Assembly (NCBI GenBank): GCA_039796955.1
Contig: JBDKIW010000227.1
Location: forward strand, 5,405 to 69,404
From: Planctomycetota bacterium
Lineage (GTDB): Bacteria > Planctomycetota > Planctomycetia > Planctomycetales > Planctomycetaceae
DNA length: 64,000 nt
Direction: 5' to 3'
A program made the translations under genes and the position numbers. Positions 60,795-64,000 of the stretch are shown here, in pieces (position 1 is the stretch's first letter; the number at the start of each line of letters is the position of its first letter). The notes under the pieces are model-generated. The model did no database searches and was not told the DNA's origin. It saw nothing but the letters and a program-made list of their open reading frames with translations.

Positions 60795-60851
60795 TGCGGG
60801 ATCCAGACGGTCTGAAGGGTTAGTCAACAGGTCATCAAAAAGGTGAAAACT

Positions 60852-61400
60852 ATGGCAGTTCGCGTTGGTCATCCGGCTCCAGGTGCAGAGCTGGCTCTGC
60901 AGGCATATGATCGAACAAAAGACGGAACCGACGGTCAGTTCAGGGACATGAAGTTGTCGGATCTGGCGGGAAAATGGGTCTGTCTGTATTTCTATCCGCT
61001 GGACTTCACCTTCGTCTGTCCGACGGAAATCATCGCATTTGACAAGGCCCTGGGCGAGTTTTCCGACCGCAACACGGTGGTTCTGACCGCCAGCACAGAC
61101 AGTGTGTTTTCGCACAAGGGCTGGTGCGATTCTCACAAGGAACTGGGTCAGCTGAAGCATTTGATGATTGGTGATACCAACCATCAGTTGTCCTCAGCGT
61201 TTGACGTGCTGGATTGCAGCAAGGGAATTGCCTACCGCGGCGTGTATCTGATTGATCCCCAGGGAACTCTGCGGTGGCTGGCGGTGCACGATCTGGGTGT
61301 GGGACGCAACGTGGATGAAGTCCTGCGAGTGCTGGACGCCTTGCAGACGGACAAGCTGTGTCCCTGCAACTGGAAGCCGGGCCAGCAGACATTGAACTGA
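60852..61400 (+). CDS. Peroxiredoxin (typical 2-Cys, AhpC/Prx1 type)
   Basis: The active-site motif FYPLDFTFVCPTEI and a resolving-Cys region near the C-terminus (KLCPCNW). An alternative GTG start is at 60843. Confidence 0.93.
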   Translation: MAVRVGHPAPGAELALQAYDRTKDGTDGQFRDMKLSDLAGKWVCLYFYPLDFTFVCPTEIIAFDKALGEFSDRNTVVLTASTDSVFSHKGWCDSHKELGQLKHLMIGDTNHQLSSAFDVLDCSKGIAYRGVYLIDPQGTLRWLAVHDLGVGRNVDEVLRVLDALQTDKLCPCNWKPGQQTLN

Positions 61401-61416
61401 AAAGACGCACTGCCTG

Positions 61417-61444
61417 CAGCGGGTGCCTGAAACCCGCTGGTTTT
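61417..61444 (+). terminator. Intrinsic terminator 1 after the peroxiredoxin gene
   Basis: An 8-bp stem cagcgggt / acccgctg with a 7-nt loop, followed by gtttt. Confidence 0.55.
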
Positions 61445-61460
61445 GAGCAGAAAAACAGAA

Positions 61461-61490
61461 AGCCCGACCGAATCTGGTTGGGCTTTTTTG
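61461..61490. terminator. Intrinsic terminator 2 (bidirectional)
   Basis: Stem agcccgacc / ggttgggct followed by tttttt. On the opposite strand a T-rich tract also follows, so it may also serve the convergent NHL gene. Confidence 0.65.
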
Positions 61491-61640
61491 TTGCGCTGTT
61501 GATTGATCCGGGTGCGGCTGGGGGGCACGAACTTCGAGTGCAAGTCAGTGCCGCCGCGGGCTGAGACAGCCCACCGCGGACATGTTCCGGAACATCGAAG
61601 TGATGTTCCGGAGCACGAAGCTGGCGCGGTTCTGCGGAGA

Positions 61641-62714
61641 TCAGACTTTCTGCAGGTGGGTAATGCGGCCGGTCGCCACCCATTCTGCCACGAAGATGTC
61701 GCCGTTCGGGGCGAAGCAGGCATCGTGGGGATGTACAAACTGGCCATCCAGCCACTGATCCGGTTTGCTTCTGAGGTCCTTCACCGCGTCCAATCGCTCG
61801 ACGGCTCGGCCGAGTTGCGCAACGACTTCGTTCTTTTCATTCAGCAGGGTAACGCAGGACTTGAGTTCGGGGACCAGCATCAGGTTATTCAGAGTATCGA
61901 TATTGGCCGGCAGTCCAAAGCCGGAGAGAGTTTCCCGATAGACGCCGTCCATCGAGAAAATCTGCAGCGTATTATGAGCCCGGTCTGTAACGACGATGGA
62001 CGGTTCGCGTCCGGGGCGATTGTCCACCCACAACCCATGCGCGGTATTGAAAGTTCCTTTGCCATCCCCTGCGCCGCCGAAGCTGCTTTGCCAGTTTCCG
62101 TCCTTGTCAAAGCGGTGAATTGCAAAGGTGCCGTAACCGTCAGCCAGCAGAAAACCACCATCATCGGTGAAGGCAAAGTTTGTTGGCAGGAACCCCTGAC
62201 GATTCCACGAGGGTTCTGTGGAAGTGGATTCACCCGGAGCGTAGAGGCCGGATTCCATCGGGGCCTTTCGGTACCAGACGGTTTCGCCGGTCAGAGTCAT
62301 TTTGGCAAAGGCCTTGACCTGCTGGTAGGCGGCGACATAGAGGAATTCTGTGTTACCTTCTTTGCGGATTTCGATTCCATGGCCACCACCCTGAAACTGG
62401 GATCCGAAGGCCCGGATGAATTTTCCGGCAGGGTCAAATACGAAGATGGACGGGTGATCTTTCTGATCCCTTCGGCCTTCATGAATCACATACAGATTTC
62501 CTGCGCTATCCAGAGCGACATTGTGAGTGGTTTGCCAGGTGTACTTGTCCGGAAGCTGGCAAAAGGCATGGTTGACGCGATATTTGTAATCACCGTCTCC
62601 GATCAGGACTTCGGCGTTAGTGCGGCTGGCCGTGGCGATTGCCGGGGCGGCGGCGATGGTGGACGTCAGAGCGAGCGCTGACGAGACGAACTGGCGGCGT
62701 GAGTGTGTGGGCAT
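61641..62714 (-). CDS. Tat-signal NHL-repeat / six-bladed beta-propeller protein
   Basis: Twin-arginine signal (HSRRQFVSSALALTSTIAAAPAIA). Repeated blades carry motifs such as AHGLWVD..IVVTDRAHNTLQIF and HDACFAPNGDIFVAEWV. ATG 62714. Confidence 0.75.
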   Translation of the reverse strand: MPTHSRRQFVSSALALTSTIAAAPAIATASRTNAEVLIGDGDYKYRVNHAFCQLPDKYTWQTTHNVALDSAGNLYVIHEGRRDQKDHPSIFVFDPAGKFIRAFGSQFQGGGHGIEIRKEGNTEFLYVAAYQQVKAFAKMTLTGETVWYRKAPMESGLYAPGESTSTEPSWNRQGFLPTNFAFTDDGGFLLADGYGTFAIHRFDKDGNWQSSFGGAGDGKGTFNTAHGLWVDNRPGREPSIVVTDRAHNTLQIFSMDGVYRETLSGFGLPANIDTLNNLMLVPELKSCVTLLNEKNEVVAQLGRAVERLDAVKDLRSKPDQWLDGQFVHPHDACFAPNGDIFVAEWVATGRITHLQKV

Positions 62715-63065
62715 GGAACTGGCTTTCCCGGCAGGTGAAAGAATGGGAGACAATCGGATCAGGAAGTGGATGGTTTACCATCGAAATCCGGCGGATTCCA
62801 CTAACTGAGACGAAAGCAGACTGTGCTGTGCGAAAAAATGGCCATTTTGTGTCTTTTCTCGATTTATGGGGGGCCAGGAAACCCCGTGGAATGCAACGTT
62901 TACCCCCGATTTCAGTTGTTTTTGCCTCCTTGAGTGGCGATGGTGAGGGGGTAAAGCAGAGGAATTGAATGCGGTGAGTCGCTGAGTGATACTGTGTCGG
63001 CACGGAGTGGACTCAGGGCCGCACAGTACACGTTCTGAGGGGCTGCAGACTGAAGTCGGGTCGTG

Positions 63066-64000
63066 ATGCTGAAGGAAAACCTGGTGATGAGCAGCATAGA
63101 GAACATCCGGGGATCGTTCTGTCGCAGAGAGATGCTGCGTGCCCTGGGTGGGGGTGCGGGGACGCTGGGAATGCTTGCCGCGATGGCGCCACAGTTACGG
63201 GCTGAAACATCATCGCATTTTCCGGGACGTGCCAAACGAGTCATTCACTTGTTTATGAACGGCGGCCCGTTTCAGGGGGATTTTTTTGATCCGAAGCCGG
63301 CGCTGAGAGCATTTGCGGGCCAGCGACCTCCGGAAGCGGACTTGCGGACGGAGCGTCGGACGGGTGGACTTTTGCCGTCACCGTTTCGATTTCGTCCCTG
63401 TGGAGAAAGCGGGGTCCCGGTCAGTGAATTGTTGCCGCTGACATCAGCCTGTATCGACGACATCTGTGTACTGCGTTCGACGTGGACGGACAATCCGAAT
63501 CACGGGCCGGCGTTGTTGCTGATGAACAACGGCACAATTCTGCCGACGCGTCCCAGCATGGGGTCATGGTTGTCTTACGGTCTTGGTTCCGAAAATGAAA
63601 ATCTGCCCGGATACGTGGTGTTATGTCCGGGCAAGCCGGTGCGATTTTCAATCCTGTGGACAAGTGCATTTCTGCCGGGATCACATCAGGGGACGTACAT
63701 CAATCATGCTGACCCTGTTCCGGATAAGCTGATACCTTTTCTGAAGAACGCCGCAGCGGACCGCCGGACGCAGGAAGAGCAGGTGCGGTTGATTTCCCGC
63801 CTGAACGAATACCAGCTGGAGCGTACCGGACCGGACAATCAGCTTGAGGGGCGTCTGCGGGCCATGGAAACGGCGTTTCGGATGCAGTTCACAGCCACAG
63901 AGGCATTTGATCTGAATCAGGAAACGAAAGAGACGCGAGCGTTGTATGGTGAGGGTCATTTTGCGAATGGCTGCCTGCTGGCGCGACGACTGAGTGAACG
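63066..64000 (+). CDS. DUF1501 (sulfatase-like) protein, partial, runs off the window
   Basis: The frame stays open to the end of the window. A Tat-like RREMLRALGGGAGTLG signal is followed by HLFMNGGPFQGDFFDPKP, SMGSWLSYGLGSENENLPGYVVL and other DUF1501 blocks. An alternative ATG is at 63087. Confidence 0.85.
   Translation, partial: MLKENLVMSSIENIRGSFCRREMLRALGGGAGTLGMLAAMAPQLRAETSSHFPGRAKRVIHLFMNGGPFQGDFFDPKPALRAFAGQRPPEADLRTERRTGGLLPSPFRFRPCGESGVPVSELLPLTSACIDDICVLRSTWTDNPNHGPALLLMNNGTILPTRPSMGSWLSYGLGSENENLPGYVVLCPGKPVRFSILWTSAFLPGSHQGTYINHADPVPDKLIPFLKNAAADRRTQEEQVRLISRLNEYQLERTGPDNQLEGRLRAMETAFRMQFTATEAFDLNQETKETRALYGEGHFANGCLLARRLSE

Noticed and set aside
61503-62681. 392-aa plus-strand ORF overlapping the NHL-propeller gene
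   Set aside because: The minus-strand frame has a Tat signal and repeated NHL-type blades. The plus-strand frame has no motifs and is best explained as its shadow.

Overview
This window looks like a core chromosomal region of a moderately GC-rich bacterium, probably PVC/Planctomycetota-like. That assignment is an inference from the DUF1501, FG-GAP/VCBS, membrane-anchored PQQ-propeller and ECF-sigma genes and from the gene order. The centre (about 8.35-38.9 kb, all on the + strand) is the translation/transcription superoperon: tRNA-Thr/Tyr/Gly/Thr, tuf, rpmG, tRNA-Trp, secE, nusG, rplKAJL, rpoBC, rpsL, rpsG, fusA, the S10/spc/alpha ribosomal genes, secY, rpmJ, rpsM, rpsK, rpoA and rplQ. The left flank holds a PQQ-like propeller protein, ybeY, an AGCS Na+/alanine-glycine symporter behind a long leader, and a sigma-70 family factor. 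The right flank holds queE, a beta-barrel outer-membrane protein with a Cys/Gly-rich N-terminal module, hisG-hisI, an FAH-family enzyme, panB, a four-gene ECF sigma/anti-sigma module, tRNA-Glu, csrA, an HU-like protein, an FG-GAP/VCBS protein, a UPF0261 protein, an ABC exporter with a fully degenerate ATPase domain, a peroxiredoxin, an NHL-propeller protein and a partial DUF1501 gene. I found no CRISPR array, transposase, integrase, phage or toxin-antitoxin signature, and no convincing new multi-gene system. The observations most worth a second look are: (1) uL24/rplX is missing from its usual slot between rplN and rplE; (2) the str-operon EF-G has a non-canonical domain IV tip; (3) the orphan ABC exporter has lost every catalytic NBD motif; (4) the ECF module carries two uncharacterised exported partners; (5) the beta-barrel protein has a 14-cysteine module; (6) a G-rich non-coding stretch upstream of the peroxiredoxin gene carries a repeated GAYTGTGG motif; (7) strong terminator-like hairpins sit inside conserved operons. 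All family calls come from reading motifs by eye and were not checked by database search. Start codons are often uncertain.
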